A stretch of DNA of 64,000 nt from an uncultured virus (IMG/VR IMGVR_UViG_2816332408_000001) (IMGVR_UViG_2816332408_000001:1-64000), one strand, 5' to 3'; positions 17,436 through 27,541 are shown, counted from the first letter of the stretch. Numbers and translations are program-made. Notes: generated from the sequence alone by a model not told the origin.

Positions 17436-17885
17436 ATGGCCAAGTTGACAATGCACGATGAAATCCGCGCCGTTCTGGTTGCGGAGACGAGTCCCACAGA
17501 GATGACGACTCAGCCCGAGATCACGAAGCGTCTGCGTTACGATCCAATCGGTGGAAGCCGGGCGCTGGTGCTAAAGGAACTCTACCTTCGCGATCCTCAT
17601 ATCCACATGCGCAAGATCGAGCGACACGAGCGTCGGCCCGAGCATGGTAAGGCCCGTTTCTTCTGGTGGTATGATGAGACCACACAGAACCGGCACTTCT
17701 TAAATCCGAATGAAGCGGTGCCTGACGAGGAAGCGGACGAGCAGTCCTATCTCGATGCGATCGACAAGGTGCTCGAGGGGTTGGCAGGATCAGACTTCGT
17801 GACGCACTGCGGCGCTCGCGCCATGGAAGAGCTCCGCATGTATCGCGAGGATATGGCGAAGACCCTTATGGTGGCGCTTGCATAG
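17436..17885 (+). CDS. Hypothetical protein
   Basis: AAGGAG RBS, upstream CTTGCG promoter-like element. Confidence 0.7.
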   Translation: MAKLTMHDEIRAVLVAETSPTEMTTQPEITKRLRYDPIGGSRALVLKELYLRDPHIHMRKIERHERRPEHGKARFFWWYDETTQNRHFLNPNEAVPDEEADEQSYLDAIDKVLEGLAGSDFVTHCGARAMEELRMYREDMAKTLMVALA

Positions 17886-17956
17886 GTCGGCGTGACTTTT
17901 CGCTTGTGCGGCCAACGCCTTGCTATATACTGGTCGCACAAGCAAAGGAGACTAAG

Positions 17957-18331
17957 ATGGATTTCGCTGCCCTGCTCACCCGCGCCCACGCCGCTGCCAA
18001 GGAAGCTGCGAAGGGTGTCACGGAGAACGTCAACGAGTTCGACTGTGGCAATGCCAAGGTCGTTATCGACGGACGGGAACCGCTCGCCAACTACTGCCGG
18101 AAGATGATCCGCCAGGCTGGTGCGCGCCTCGAGGGATCCGAGANGCGGATTGCCGAAAGCAACGCTTCGCTCGAGCACGGGACCAAGGGTTATCCGACCG
18201 GGTGGCAGTGGTATAAGCCTGGCGACGATGCGCGTCAGTCGATTCGCATTCACGAAGCGGCCGCCAACGCCTTCCGCGCGGTCCTCACCGAGGCCAACAT
18301 CCGCGCCGAAGTCATTTCGAGGTTGGACTAA
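17957..18331 (+). CDS. Hypothetical protein
   Basis: AAGGAG RBS, promoter TTGTGC-N16-TATACT (17904-17931). Confidence 0.7.
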   Translation: MDFAALLTRAHAAAKEAAKGVTENVNEFDCGNAKVVIDGREPLANYCRKMIRQAGARLEGSEXRIAESNASLEHGTKGYPTGWQWYKPGDDARQSIRIHEAAANAFRAVLTEANIRAEVISRLD

Positions 18332-18513
18332 TGGCGGTGCCTGACTTCCCGAACAAGGGCAAGTTCATTGTTCGGGACAAGCACGGCAACCGGACCGGAG
18401 AGTTCGCAGACGCGCCCCAATACAACGGGCAGCAGCCCCGTCGCTATCCTGCTGAATGGACCCCTCTGCAATGCTTCATGGAAAGGACCAGCGGTGAAAA
18501 TCCTTCAGTTTGA
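18331..18513 (+). CDS. Hypothetical protein
   Basis: TAATG coupling. Confidence 0.5.
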   Translation: MAVPDFPNKGKFIVRDKHGNRTGEFADAPQYNGQQPRRYPAEWTPLQCFMERTSGENPSV

Positions 18514-18802
18514 CGGGACCGAACCCGTTGGCAAGCCCAAGGACTGGATCAACGAGCTTGACGGGAACTGTGGCACCATCCACGTTCTCCGTCACTTCGA
18601 CGAGCACCTCGGCTATAACATCCTCTACTCGGTCTACAAGCCGACTGAAGCCGACATCGCTGCCATCGTAGCGGGTGGCGGTATCCGTCTGGGCATCCAC
18701 GGGGACGGGCACCCCGTCTTCCAGCTTTGCGTCCTCGGCGAAGCGCGGATGGAACAACTCAATTACATCGAACACGAGGACCTCGGGGAGCCTATACTAT
18801 GA
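18494..18802 (+). CDS. Hypothetical protein
   Basis: AAGGA RBS, GTG start. Confidence 0.6.
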   Translation: MKILQFDGTEPVGKPKDWINELDGNCGTIHVLRHFDEHLGYNILYSVYKPTEADIAAIVAGGGIRLGIHGDGHPVFQLCVLGEARMEQLNYIEHEDLGEPIL

Positions 18803-19272
18803 CCACACTGTTCGACGAATACTTCCGCCAGCGCAGCGATCTGGTCGAAGCTGATAAGAAGCCCATCGGTGTTGTGTTCAGCAACGAGGGGTGGATGAAG
18901 GTCCTCAAGGAAGACCACGAGCGATCCTCGCCCATGGTGACGCCCGCTCCGTCCTCCACATATGGTGGCCTGCACCGCTGGATCGACCCGGAGCAGACGG
19001 TCGACATTGTGGTCACTGAACTCACTCAGGTGGAATGGTTCGAGCGGAAGCGCACTTCGCGGCACCGCCAGAACGCCATCAAGTTCGCAATGAAGGGGTC
19101 GTTCGGAAAGCTAGGCGAAGCGCCTCCAACAATGATCGAGATTGTGGCGCAGTCGCTCGATGCGCAAACGCTTTGCGATATCATCATGCACTGGCTCGGC
19201 GCCGATCCTCATTGGGACGACTTCGAGAAGGCGCTGCACAAGGTTGTCGAGGAGCATGGGCGCTTCGAGTAA
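18799..19272 (+). CDS. Hypothetical protein
   Basis: ATGA coupling, GGGGAG RBS. Confidence 0.65.
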   Translation: MTTLFDEYFRQRSDLVEADKKPIGVVFSNEGWMKVLKEDHERSSPMVTPAPSSTYGGLHRWIDPEQTVDIVVTELTQVEWFERKRTSRHRQNAIKFAMKGSFGKLGEAPPTMIEIVAQSLDAQTLCDIIMHWLGADPHWDDFEKALHKVVEEHGRFE

Positions 19273-19448
19273 CGAATTCACTTGCGATACGGCGCCCACG
19301 GCCGCTAAGCAAGTGTTGCGCTGCAAAGCGCCTAACAAGGGGCGCCACCGATTGGAGCCGTCGATAGCCTTCCCTCTGGCGTGTCCAGGGTGCGGGTATC
19401 ATTTCCGGTCGGTGGCGCAACTCAGAGACCATAGAAAGGCATTCGAGA

Positions 19449-19913
19449 GTGGCAACCAATCCGAAACCCCGCACGAAGCGGACAGTGGAAAAGGGTAACG
19501 AGGAACACATCGCTATCGTCCGCGGTCCGCTCATTGCGCAGATCGAAGCACTCCAGGACACGAACGAGAAGCTGGGCCAGCTTGTTACCGCGCACGAACT
19601 GCGCGAGAATGAACTGGAACGGCGGGCCGAGCGTGCTGAAGCTGCACTCAAGCAGGCGGACCGCGATGCGAAGGCGTATGCGGAGATGGCGATCGGGGAA
19701 GCGAACGATTTGCGCTCGCGCCTGATGACGTCCGAGATGAACTATGCCAAGCTGCGCGGCTACCTCGAGGGAAAGCGCGACAGCGAGCCCCCGCGTATGG
19801 TGCCTGAGCAGCGTGAGCCGTTCCATGCTCAGCTGCCCGACGCCAGCGGTGCAGGGTTCGGCAGCGCCTACGGCAATTACGCGCCGTCCCCGAAGCAATG
19901 GTTCCATCGATGA
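19449..19913 (+). CDS. Coiled-coil hypothetical protein
   Basis: Heptad-rich 154-aa ORF. Confidence 0.65.
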   Translation: MATNPKPRTKRTVEKGNEEHIAIVRGPLIAQIEALQDTNEKLGQLVTAHELRENELERRAERAEAALKQADRDAKAYAEMAIGEANDLRSRLMTSEMNYAKLRGYLEGKRDSEPPRMVPEQREPFHAQLPDASGAGFGSAYGNYAPSPKQWFHR

Positions 19914-20278
19914 GTTGCCCCTACTTCGTTGGGGACGAAGTCGAGTATCAGGGTGACCGTGAAGACCTTCGAGGCAAGCGCGGGGTTGTGGAGAAGGTGG
20001 ATGCCAGCGGCCGCTTGGCCGTTCGCTTCAAGGGTAACGCTGCGCCCAGCTTCGTCCACTTTAACAGCCTGCGCGCGATCGCGGTTGTNCAGTTCGGGTC
20101 CGCCAATTGGAAGGGGAACTGGAAACAGAAGTTCCACGCTTTCATGGGCACCGGAAGCGAACTGCACCGTCAGGTCTATCACGGGGTTCGCGAGTTCCCT
20201 CAGGCGTTCATCCATCTTGGTGTCTGGTCTTTCACGGTCGGCACCATCGTTGGATGGGGTTTCAGCAAGCTGTTCTAG
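19910..20278 (+). CDS. Hypothetical protein (SH3/KOW-like N-terminus, C-terminal TM)
   Basis: FVGDEVEY...GKRGVVEKV. Confidence 0.55.
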   Translation: MSCPYFVGDEVEYQGDREDLRGKRGVVEKVDASGRLAVRFKGNAAPSFVHFNSLRAIAVXQFGSANWKGNWKQKFHAFMGTGSELHRQVYHGVREFPQAFIHLGVWSFTVGTIVGWGFSKLF

Positions 20279-20289
20279 GAGAACGAATC

Positions 20290-20505
20290 ATGTTCAGGGG
20301 TTTCCCGCACATCCCGACGATCCCGTGCAAGCACTGCAAAGGGGGTTTCGTGAAGGACGGACCCTGGAGCAAAGAACGGTTCTGCACCTCATGCAACGGC
20401 ACCGGCATCGCCGGCGATCCGGGCTTGGGGTGCTTAATCGTGATAGGCATGGCGCTTATCACTTTCATCATCGTAGCAGGAGCAATTTATTATGGACGAG
20501 GATAA
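20290..20505 (+). CDS. Small DnaJ-type Zn-finger membrane protein
   Basis: CKHCKGG...CTSCNGTG plus TM helix. Confidence 0.6.
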   Translation: MFRGFPHIPTIPCKHCKGGFVKDGPWSKERFCTSCNGTGIAGDPGLGCLIVIGMALITFIIVAGAIYYGRG

Positions 20506-20938
20506 CGGTCTCAGCTTCAGGACGCTCAGGGAGGCGAACAAGCGGCGTCTCCCGCAGTTCAAAGATGCTCAGGGGCGCACCGCGCACGCGCTGCCCGACG
20601 GGTCCGACTGGTCGCCTGCCGAATGGGGTCAGGCGGTGCTCGGGGAGCTGGGTGAGCTTGCCAACCTCGAGAAGAAGATCAAGCGCGGTGACTTCGACAT
20701 GGACAACCCCGAGGTTGCCCGCGAAGTGCAGACCGAGGTCGCGCNCGAGTTCGCCGACATCGTTACCTATCTTGACATCTACGCAATGCAGCGCGGTGTC
20801 GACCTGGGCGAGGCGACCCGCAAGAAGTTCAACGAAGTGTCACGCCGCGTAAAGGCATCCGTCTTCATTGCCAAGCACGACACACTCCTCGTGATCGATC
20901 CCGGTCAGATGGAGCTTGACTTCGACCGTCCGCTGTGA
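20492..20938 (+). CDS. MazG-like nucleotide pyrophosphohydrolase
   Basis: GELGELANLEKK...EFADIVTYL...KKFNEVS. Confidence 0.85.
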   Translation: MDEDNGLSFRTLREANKRRLPQFKDAQGRTAHALPDGSDWSPAEWGQAVLGELGELANLEKKIKRGDFDMDNPEVAREVQTEVAXEFADIVTYLDIYAMQRGVDLGEATRKKFNEVSRRVKASVFIAKHDTLLVIDPGQMELDFDRPL

Positions 20939-21106
20939 ACGTGTCCTGCACCGTAGAGACCCGGCGCTTGCCGTCGGGTCGTCTTGAGGTCCTCCTCAAG
21001 CGGGACACGGGTTACAACCGTGACGCCAAAAGCCATCGTCAGCTGTTCGAACTTGAGGGTCCGGAAGCTGACAAGTTCGAAACCCATTTGCGGAGGCTCG
21101 CGACCA

Positions 21107-21490
21107 GTGGCTGACGATCCAATCAACCCGAAGCACTATGCGGGGACGGAGTGCGCGGAGATCGGCGAGCGCCTGACCGGCAATAGCTATCAGGTGCTCA
21201 AGTATAACTGGCGCCTCGGTAAGAAGGACGCTGCCACCATCGAGCTCGGCAAGTCCATCTGGTATCTCGACCGCGAGATCGNGTTGGCTTGGGCAGGGTG
21301 GCGCCCGCCGACCGCGCTGGTGCTCCCGACTGACGCGTGGTTCTATGAGCGGTATCGTCATCGGGATGACCACGTTCAGGCGGTCGCAATCAATCTGATC
21401 AACTGGAACCGGCACGGTGACCGCGACTGCCTGCATATCCTGCGGGCTGAGCTCACCAAGCTGCACCACACTCTCGAGGAGAATAACTGA
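21107..21490 (+). CDS. DUF3310-domain protein
   Basis: DPINPKHY...KYNWRLGKK...KSIWYLDREI. Confidence 0.8.
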   Translation: MADDPINPKHYAGTECAEIGERLTGNSYQVLKYNWRLGKKDAATIELGKSIWYLDREIXLAWAGWRPPTALVLPTDAWFYERYRHRDDHVQAVAINLINWNRHGDRDCLHILRAELTKLHHTLEENN

Positions 21491-21957
21491 TGGACAAGGA
21501 ACTCACCGAGGGTGAGCGGATGCAGATCGACACTGCGCCCGACGACCTCGCGCACGGCCAGGAGGTGGGGCAGCACCGCTTCACCACATTCCTGAAGGGC
21601 GATAACTACGCCTACGCGCGCGGCCTTGAGGTGTCCCCGACGCACCTTCCCCGCGCGCTGGACGCTATGCTGGCCGACGGCTGGAAGCTGGTGTCCCTGT
21701 TCGGGCAGACCGATGCTAAGAGTGTTGGCTTCATCTTCGAATGGGTGGGGCCGAACAAGCGTGTCGACGAGCTACTCGCAGCGAACACGAAACTCGTTCT
21801 TAAGGCCCGCGACTTCAAGACGTGGATCCGGGGTGCTACCGAGCAGTTCCGCTTCTATGGCAAGTCACACCGTGCCAAGCAGACCGCTGACGCCGATTCG
21901 AAGGCTGTGGTCAATGAAGGCTGGGTCGTCTCCGGGGAGGACATACTCAGTGAGTGA
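21490..21957 (+). CDS. Hypothetical protein
   Basis: GAGGAG RBS, TGATG coupling. Confidence 0.65.
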   Translation: MDKELTEGERMQIDTAPDDLAHGQEVGQHRFTTFLKGDNYAYARGLEVSPTHLPRALDAMLADGWKLVSLFGQTDAKSVGFIFEWVGPNKRVDELLAANTKLVLKARDFKTWIRGATEQFRFYGKSHRAKQTADADSKAVVNEGWVVSGEDILSE

Positions 21958-22345
21958 GTGCATCCTCACCTGTCAACATTGTGGCTCGGGGAATCCCCGG
22001 GCCCTACCCTACAAGATGAACGCGCCCGACGAGTGCGACATCTGCCACGTGCCGTTCCGCACTCAGATGGACGTGCTGATCACGCACATCCGGTTCGAGC
22101 TCCGACAGATGAGGCAGAGCAAGTGGGGCAGCGCAATTGAGGCAGTCGCAAACACCGCCGTAGGCTACTGCATCGCGCTTGTCTGTATGCGGATCATCAT
22201 GTGGGCGTATAACTTCCCGATGGGGACTAAGGAGACCAGTATTGTCGTCTTCTGGATGACGGGGGTTTCGGTATTGCGCGGCTACGTGATTCGCCGTATG
22301 TGGAACAGCCAGTTCTGGAAGCGCCGTGGCAACCGATCGCGATAG
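21950..22345 (+). CDS. Zn-ribbon plus small membrane domain protein
   Basis: CQHC..CDIC; QSKWGSAIEAVANTAVGY...SVLRGYVIRR. Confidence 0.65.
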   Translation: MSECILTCQHCGSGNPRALPYKMNAPDECDICHVPFRTQMDVLITHIRFELRQMRQSKWGSAIEAVANTAVGYCIALVCMRIIMWAYNFPMGTKETSIVVFWMTGVSVLRGYVIRRMWNSQFWKRRGNRSR

Positions 22346-22458
22346 AGAGGTATTCCTCGAAGTTCGTCGCCGGTCGTTGCTACCGCACACAGAGCATGAC
22401 GATCTTGAACCGACGAACCGCCATATGCGCCGGCGTCTGAAAGCGAAAGGGAAGAAGA

Positions 22459-22932
22459 GTGGGAATCGACGTCAGGCAGAAGGGAGCGGAGGGGGAGCGG
22501 CAGGTCATCAAGATGCTGACGCCCATCATCCAGGACGTCATGCGCGAGATGGAGTTCCCGCCGGAGAAGGTTGATGCCGCGCTGAAGATGGTGCAGCGGA
22601 ACCAGAACCAGAGCGCGGTGGGCGGGAACGACCTCTCCAACACCTTCGGTCTGTCGATCGAGGTAAAGCGCCAAGAGCAGCTTGCCATCAATACATGGTG
22701 GGCGCAGTGTGAGGCAGCGGCAGCGCGTAACAACGAGCTTCCGGTCCTTATCTTCAAACAGAACAATAAGCCCTGGCGCTTCATTACGCTAGGGTTCCTC
22801 CATGCCCCCGCCGACAGGGGAGGCTGGACCAGCGTGCGCGCACGGGTGGAGTTCAACGAGGACACGTTCAAAACTTGGTTCCGCGTATGGGTGCGCGGCC
22901 AACTGCTCAACGGCTGGGAGGCCCGCGTATAA
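22459..22932 (+). CDS. PD-(D/E)XK nuclease, Holliday-junction-resolvase-like
   Basis: KGAEGERQ...ND...IEVKRQE...W-Q. Confidence 0.8.
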   Translation: MGIDVRQKGAEGERQVIKMLTPIIQDVMREMEFPPEKVDAALKMVQRNQNQSAVGGNDLSNTFGLSIEVKRQEQLAINTWWAQCEAAAARNNELPVLIFKQNNKPWRFITLGFLHAPADRGGWTSVRARVEFNEDTFKTWFRVWVRGQLLNGWEARV

Positions 22933-23354
22933 TGGAGGCGAAGCATTTCGAGAAGACACCGTTCTGGAATAAGACGGTCAACAGCGAGCGGGACGGGTTG
23001 CCTGTCCTGTTCATCAAGAACCTGATCCACCTGTTCGGTCGACGTATCGATCTGCACAAGATCGTCTATCCCGATCCGCGGGAGTGCTTCCATAGCCACC
23101 CCGCGCGTGCCATCAGGATCATCCTGTGGGGCGGTTACGTCGAAGAGATGTTTGACGGCACTCACCGTCGCTGGTGGCCGGGTAAGATCGGCATCGTCCG
23201 TCACTCGGACATCCACCGCATAAACCGCTTGCTAAAGGAGCGGCCCTCCTATAGCTTGTGGATTCGGGGCAAGGTGCGTCATGAGACCCAATTGAAGGGG
23301 TCAGGTTGGCCTATCGAGCTTCAGGACACATACCATAGGAGTTCAGAGACGTGA
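22932..23354 (+). CDS. Cupin-like hypothetical protein
   Basis: HSHP...ILWGGYVEE...HRI. Confidence 0.65.
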   Translation: MEAKHFEKTPFWNKTVNSERDGLPVLFIKNLIHLFGRRIDLHKIVYPDPRECFHSHPARAIRIILWGGYVEEMFDGTHRRWWPGKIGIVRHSDIHRINRLLKERPSYSLWIRGKVRHETQLKGSGWPIELQDTYHRSSET

Positions 23355-23569
23355 AGACTGAATACGGCACGATGAACGCAGGCATCCTGATCGATACGAT
23401 CAGGGGTGCAGTGCTCAACGCGGGGGCGGTCCCGGAAACGGAGATCAAGGTTCGNATCGGCGAGCACGGTCCGGTCTACCACATCAAGGCGATCAAGGGC
23501 CAGAAGGACCAGCGCGGTCTGCGTCTGATCATTGAAACCGAGATCCTCCCGGACCTCACCGATGGATGA
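23351..23569 (+). CDS. Hypothetical protein
   Basis: GTGA coupling. Confidence 0.55.
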   Translation: MKTEYGTMNAGILIDTIRGAVLNAGAVPETEIKVXIGEHGPVYHIKAIKGQKDQRGLRLIIETEILPDLTDG

Positions 23570-23846
23570 GACGCTGCCCGAGGCTGTGGTCATTGATCCC
23601 ACACTCCCCCGCCGGTTGTCGCTTGAGCCGAACTCTCCCGACTTCCATCCGTCGTATGTGCGCGTCGGTCTCCGTATCGATGGGAAGGAGCGCAACGACA
23701 TCCAGTTCTACGACGCCGACAAGCTGGAGTATATGACCACAGCCCGCACGTCGCACCTCGCAACGTCCATCGAGCCCTACTGGCGGTTCGCGGAGTCGCG
23801 TCAACAGCGCCGTGCGCGCGAACGCTGGGAAGGAAAGCGCAAATGA
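23562..23846 (+). CDS. Hypothetical protein
   Basis: Operon position. Confidence 0.6.
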   Translation: MDETLPEAVVIDPTLPRRLSLEPNSPDFHPSYVRVGLRIDGKERNDIQFYDADKLEYMTTARTSHLATSIEPYWRFAESRQQRRARERWEGKRK

Positions 23847-24109
23847 GACTGAGCGAGGCAATGCCGCGTGTGCGGGAGCTCCAGAAGAAGATGGGCGAAG
23901 CTGCCAATCTTGCTGAACGGGACTCGCATCGCTATCAGGCGCATATGACCCTCTACAATGTAGCGGTCATGGCGAACGATGCCAAACAGATGGAGCAGGA
24001 GCGGCTCACGCTCCACTCTGCACTGGACGGCATCCTCGACGCGGGGCTCACCGTTGGCATGTGCCAGCGGGAGATAAACGAGATCAGCCTAAACGTCACG
24101 GACGATTAA
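23843..24109 (+). CDS. Hypothetical protein
   Basis: ATGA coupling. Confidence 0.6.
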   Translation: MRLSEAMPRVRELQKKMGEAANLAERDSHRYQAHMTLYNVAVMANDAKQMEQERLTLHSALDGILDAGLTVGMCQREINEISLNVTDD

Positions 24110-24129
24110 GTCCGCTCGACCTTTTCTGC

Positions 24130-24158
24130 TTGCGTCTATGCGCGGGCTGCCTTATAGC
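24130..24158 (+). promoter_or_regulatory. Sigma70-type promoter
   Basis: TTGCGT-N17-TATAGC. Confidence 0.65.
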
Positions 24159-24184
24159 CTGTGCATAGAGCAAGGAGACACGCA

Positions 24185-25699
24185 ATGGCTGAGATGAACT
24201 TGAACCTGTCCAACATCAAACCCCACGAAGGGTTCGGTGACATCCTCAACGAGGTGGACACGACTACGCGCTGGAGCAGCTTCCAGACTTCCATCTTCGC
24301 CTTCATTGAAAGCGGCACCGGCAACGCCATTGTGGAAGCGGTCGCGGGTAGCGGCAAGTCCACCACGATCATCGAGGGAATGAAGAAGGTCCGCGGATCG
24401 TCCATCTTCCTTGCATTCAACAAAGCGATCGCTGACGAGCTGAAGACCAAGGGCGTCAATGCACGCACCTTCCATTCGCTGGTGTTCGGTCCCGTTATGC
24501 GTGCCAAGGGCGCCACTGGTCCCACGATGGACAAGCTGCGGAAGCTCTGCCGCGAGAATATGTCTTCCTACGACTTCAAGCTCTATGCAGCGTTCGCCCA
24601 GAAGCTGGTCGGTCTTGCACGCCAGCAGGGTGTGGGCTTCCTCACCGCAGACGTCATTGACACATATCGCGCCATTGCAGACCATCACGACATCGAGCCT
24701 GAGAGCGACGACGCTGACCTCACCCGCGCGTTCGAATACGCCCAGGAGCTGCTCGCATGGTCCAACGCCAGCGACATGGTGGACTTCGACGACATGCTCT
24801 ACTGGGCGGTGCGGGACAACATCTCGCTCCCCAAGTTCGACTTCATCTTCGTTGACGAAGCGCAGGACACGAATATGATCCAGCGTGAAATCCTTCGGAA
24901 GATTATGCGCCCCGACTCCCGCATGATTGCGGTCGGCGATCCTGCACAAGCGATCTACGGGTTCCGCGGGGCGGACGCTGAGTCGCTGGGAAACATCGCT
25001 CGGGAGTTCGGTGCGATCACCCTGCCGTTGAGCATCAGCTACCGCTGCCCGACCAGTGTGGTCAAGTATGCGCAGCAGTGGGTGAGCCACATCCAAGCGC
25101 GCGAAGGTGCGCCCGATGGTGTTGTGAAGCACCACGAGCGCGAATGGGATGTGGATATGTTCCTGCCCAACGACTTGGTCGTGTGTCGCAAGTCGGCGCC
25201 GCTGCTCCAGCTGGCGTTCCGTTGCATCCGGAACAACATCCCGGTTCAGGTGCTGGGCAAGGAGATCGGTGACGGTCTGAAGTCGCTCATCGACAAGATG
25301 AACGCTCGCACGCTGGACCAGCTCACCGAGAAGCTCCAGTCGTATATGATGCGCGAGGTGGAGAAGGCTCGCAAGGAAGACGACGAAGCGAAGATGGAAG
25401 CGATCACCGACAAGGTGGGCGCCATCCTGTTCCTGATTGACGGTCTGAAAGAGGACCGGCGTGACATCGCTTCGCTCAAGGCGGGGATCGACTACCTCTT
25501 CAAGGACAAGGAGAAGTGCGTCAAGCTCTGCACGATCCACAAGTCCAAGGGTTTGGAAGCTGAGCGGGTGTTCTGGCTGAACCGTAACGAGTGTCCTGCG
25601 CAGTGGGCACGCCGGGATCATCAGCGGGTGGAAGAGATTAACTTGTGCTACGTTGCAGCCACCCGGGCCAAGCGCGAGCTGCACTGCATTGAGATTTAG
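24185..25699 (+). CDS. UvrD/Rep-like SF1 helicase
   Basis: AVAGSGKST, VDEAQD, VGDPAQAIYGFRGA, TIHKSKGLE, YVAATRAK. Confidence 0.95.
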   Translation: MAEMNLNLSNIKPHEGFGDILNEVDTTTRWSSFQTSIFAFIESGTGNAIVEAVAGSGKSTTIIEGMKKVRGSSIFLAFNKAIADELKTKGVNARTFHSLVFGPVMRAKGATGPTMDKLRKLCRENMSSYDFKLYAAFAQKLVGLARQQGVGFLTADVIDTYRAIADHHDIEPESDDADLTRAFEYAQELLAWSNASDMVDFDDMLYWAVRDNISLPKFDFIFVDEAQDTNMIQREILRKIMRPDSRMIAVGDPAQAIYGFRGADAESLGNIAREFGAITLPLSISYRCPTSVVKYAQQWVSHIQAREGAPDGVVKHHEREWDVDMFLPNDLVVCRKSAPLLQLAFRCIRNNIPVQVLGKEIGDGLKSLIDKMNARTLDQLTEKLQSYMMREVEKARKEDDEAKMEAITDKVGAILFLIDGLKEDRRDIASLKAGIDYLFKDKEKCVKLCTIHKSKGLEAERVFWLNRNECPAQWARRDHQRVEEINLCYVAATRAKRELHCIEI

Positions 25700-25870
25700 T
25701 GCGCAGCCGGGTAGCGGGGCCCCGTGCGCAGCGATCGCGCGCTAGGGGCAACCGTTGCCGGGGTGGCAGCGTTTAACCCCCTGTAGCGGCTTAAAACGGC
25801 CCATAGCACGGTATCGCTTGCGGACCTAATCGCCATCTTGCTACTGCACTGCATCAGACAGGAGCATCCA

Positions 25871-26509
25871 ATGGCAACCTCCGCCGACAAAATCGCAGCA
25901 GCACTTCGACCCATTGCCCCCGACGGCAAGCTCGCGGCGACGGACGTGCCCCTGATCAACTCGCTTGGGCAGCTATGGGACGACCGCCGCAAGGTGATCA
26001 GCGACCCCGCTGTTGCTCCCGCGCTGGACCCGCCATGGGTTGCACAAGCGCGGACCAAGATCGGCGAGAAGGAGATCCCGGGCTCCAAGAACAACCCGTG
26101 GATCGTCTCGAACTGGCAGCGCCTTGGCGCCAAATGGTTCAACGACGACGAGACGCCGTGGTGCGGTAACTTCATGGCGTGGGCGCTGGATGCCGCAGGG
26201 CTTCCTTACCCGAAGGAGTTCCCCCGCGCTGCCAGCTTCGCAACCTATGGGACAGCGTGCGCAGCCCAGCTAGGCGCCATCGGCGTCAAGGCGCGCAAGG
26301 GCGGGAACCATGTGTTCATCATTGTGGGGCAGACGCCCGACAAGATGTTCTACAAGGCGCTCGGCGGGAATCAGTCCGACATGGTGTGCATCATTGACAT
26401 CCGCAAGACGGACGTCGACGACATCCGCTGGCNGCAGGGCGTGCCGGTTCCGTCCACCCCCTATCTGCCGACGCTCCCCGCGGGCAAGGTAAGCACGAAG
26501 GAAGCATGA
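25871..26509 (+). CDS. Endolysin, TIGR02594 / NlpC-P60-CHAP-like peptidase
   Basis: DETPWCG.F, GGNHV, LGGNQSD. Confidence 0.88.
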   Translation: MATSADKIAAALRPIAPDGKLAATDVPLINSLGQLWDDRRKVISDPAVAPALDPPWVAQARTKIGEKEIPGSKNNPWIVSNWQRLGAKWFNDDETPWCGNFMAWALDAAGLPYPKEFPRAASFATYGTACAAQLGAIGVKARKGGNHVFIIVGQTPDKMFYKALGGNQSDMVCIIDIRKTDVDDIRWXQGVPVPSTPYLPTLPAGKVSTKEA

Positions 26510-26976
26510 AGCTACTCGACTATCTGGATCGCGTAGGGCAACGCCGTGTGGAGATGCACAAGATCTCCCCGCCGCGCCCTCGTGACACCCGGATGCTCGT
26601 TGGCGTCCTGTTCTTCTTTGGATACTATGCGCTGATCTGGCGCTTCATGTCGGCCAAGGGTATCCCAGCCGACAACCTCGCCCTCATCAAAGACGCGATG
26701 CTGATCCTTGGTCCGGTTATCGGTGCCATCGGGCAGGCGCTGTTCCGCAGCGATGTCCGTGACGAGATTGCCACGCAGAACACTGGAGAAGCATTCCGTG
26801 CCAACCGAGCAGCAAGCGAAGCAACCAAAGCCGCAGCAGACTCTATTCCAAACTCAGGTGGAGCAGGGACTAGCGCCGGAGCGGCTGCCGACGCCGTTGC
26901 AGGTGCGGCAGTGGATGCAGCGGCTGAAGTCAAAGCTGGCAAGCCTGGCACAGAAGGGATGGAAACTGATGTTTAG
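26506..26976 (+). CDS. Putative holin
   Basis: Two TM helices, follows endolysin. Confidence 0.6.
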   Translation: MKLLDYLDRVGQRRVEMHKISPPRPRDTRMLVGVLFFFGYYALIWRFMSAKGIPADNLALIKDAMLILGPVIGAIGQALFRSDVRDEIATQNTGEAFRANRAASEATKAAADSIPNSGGAGTSAGAAADAVAGAAVDAAAEVKAGKPGTEGMETDV

Positions 26977-27331
26977 CATTCCGTTCGGCGTCCGCATGTT
27001 CCTCACGAAGTGGTGGCCCGCGCTGCTGGCTGGTGTGGTCATCATTGGCATCCTCGCCTACGTTTACTTCGAAGGCAAGAGCGCCGGGAAGACGGGTGAG
27101 GTCGCGAAGCAAGTGCAGCGCGAGAACGAAGTGCAGGTCAAGATCAACGATGCGAATGAGAATGCGTCCGCGGCGCGGGTGGAGGCTGCCACCAAGCTGG
27201 AGCAGCAACAGAGGGAGCTTGAAGATGTTCAATCGGAAGCTGGCAGTGTTGATGCTGTTCGCATCAAGCGCGGCTGTGTCATCCTGCGCCAGCAGGGTCG
27301 AGACATTAGTAAAGTTCCCGCCTGCCGCTGA
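26969..27331 (+). CDS. Rz-like i-spanin
   Basis: N-terminal TM, coiled coil, C-terminal Cys. Confidence 0.7.
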   Translation: MFSIPFGVRMFLTKWWPALLAGVVIIGILAYVYFEGKSAGKTGEVAKQVQRENEVQVKINDANENASAARVEAATKLEQQQRELEDVQSEAGSVDAVRIKRGCVILRQQGRDISKVPACR

Positions 27332-27524
27332 TCTGGCGCAGAGCAAGGAACCAGAATATCCGATCGCGGCCCTCGAGCCGGGTGAGGCGGGGGCGAAGGC
27401 GGAAAAAGAATGGAACGACAAGATCTTGATTTGGGGTCGCAAGGGGTGGGCACAGAACCGACGAGTTTGCCAATGGGCGGTGGAACTCGGTATGAAGGTC
27501 CCGACGGGTTATTGCTCGCCGTGA
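27225..27524 (+). CDS. Rz1-like o-spanin lipoprotein
   Basis: Overlaps i-spanin; signal peptide with VSSC lipobox; Pro-rich. Confidence 0.7.
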   Translation: MFNRKLAVLMLFASSAAVSSCASRVETLVKFPPAADLAQSKEPEYPIAALEPGEAGAKAEKEWNDKILIWGRKGWAQNRRVCQWAVELGMKVPTGYCSP

Positions 27525-27541
27525 CCACACAGGAGACTTCC

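Noticed and set aside
24152..25684. Long antisense ORFs (also 32654-33949, 37015-38511, 42871-44427, 101-889)
   Set aside because: Shadow frames of high-GC3 genes with clear motifs on the other strand
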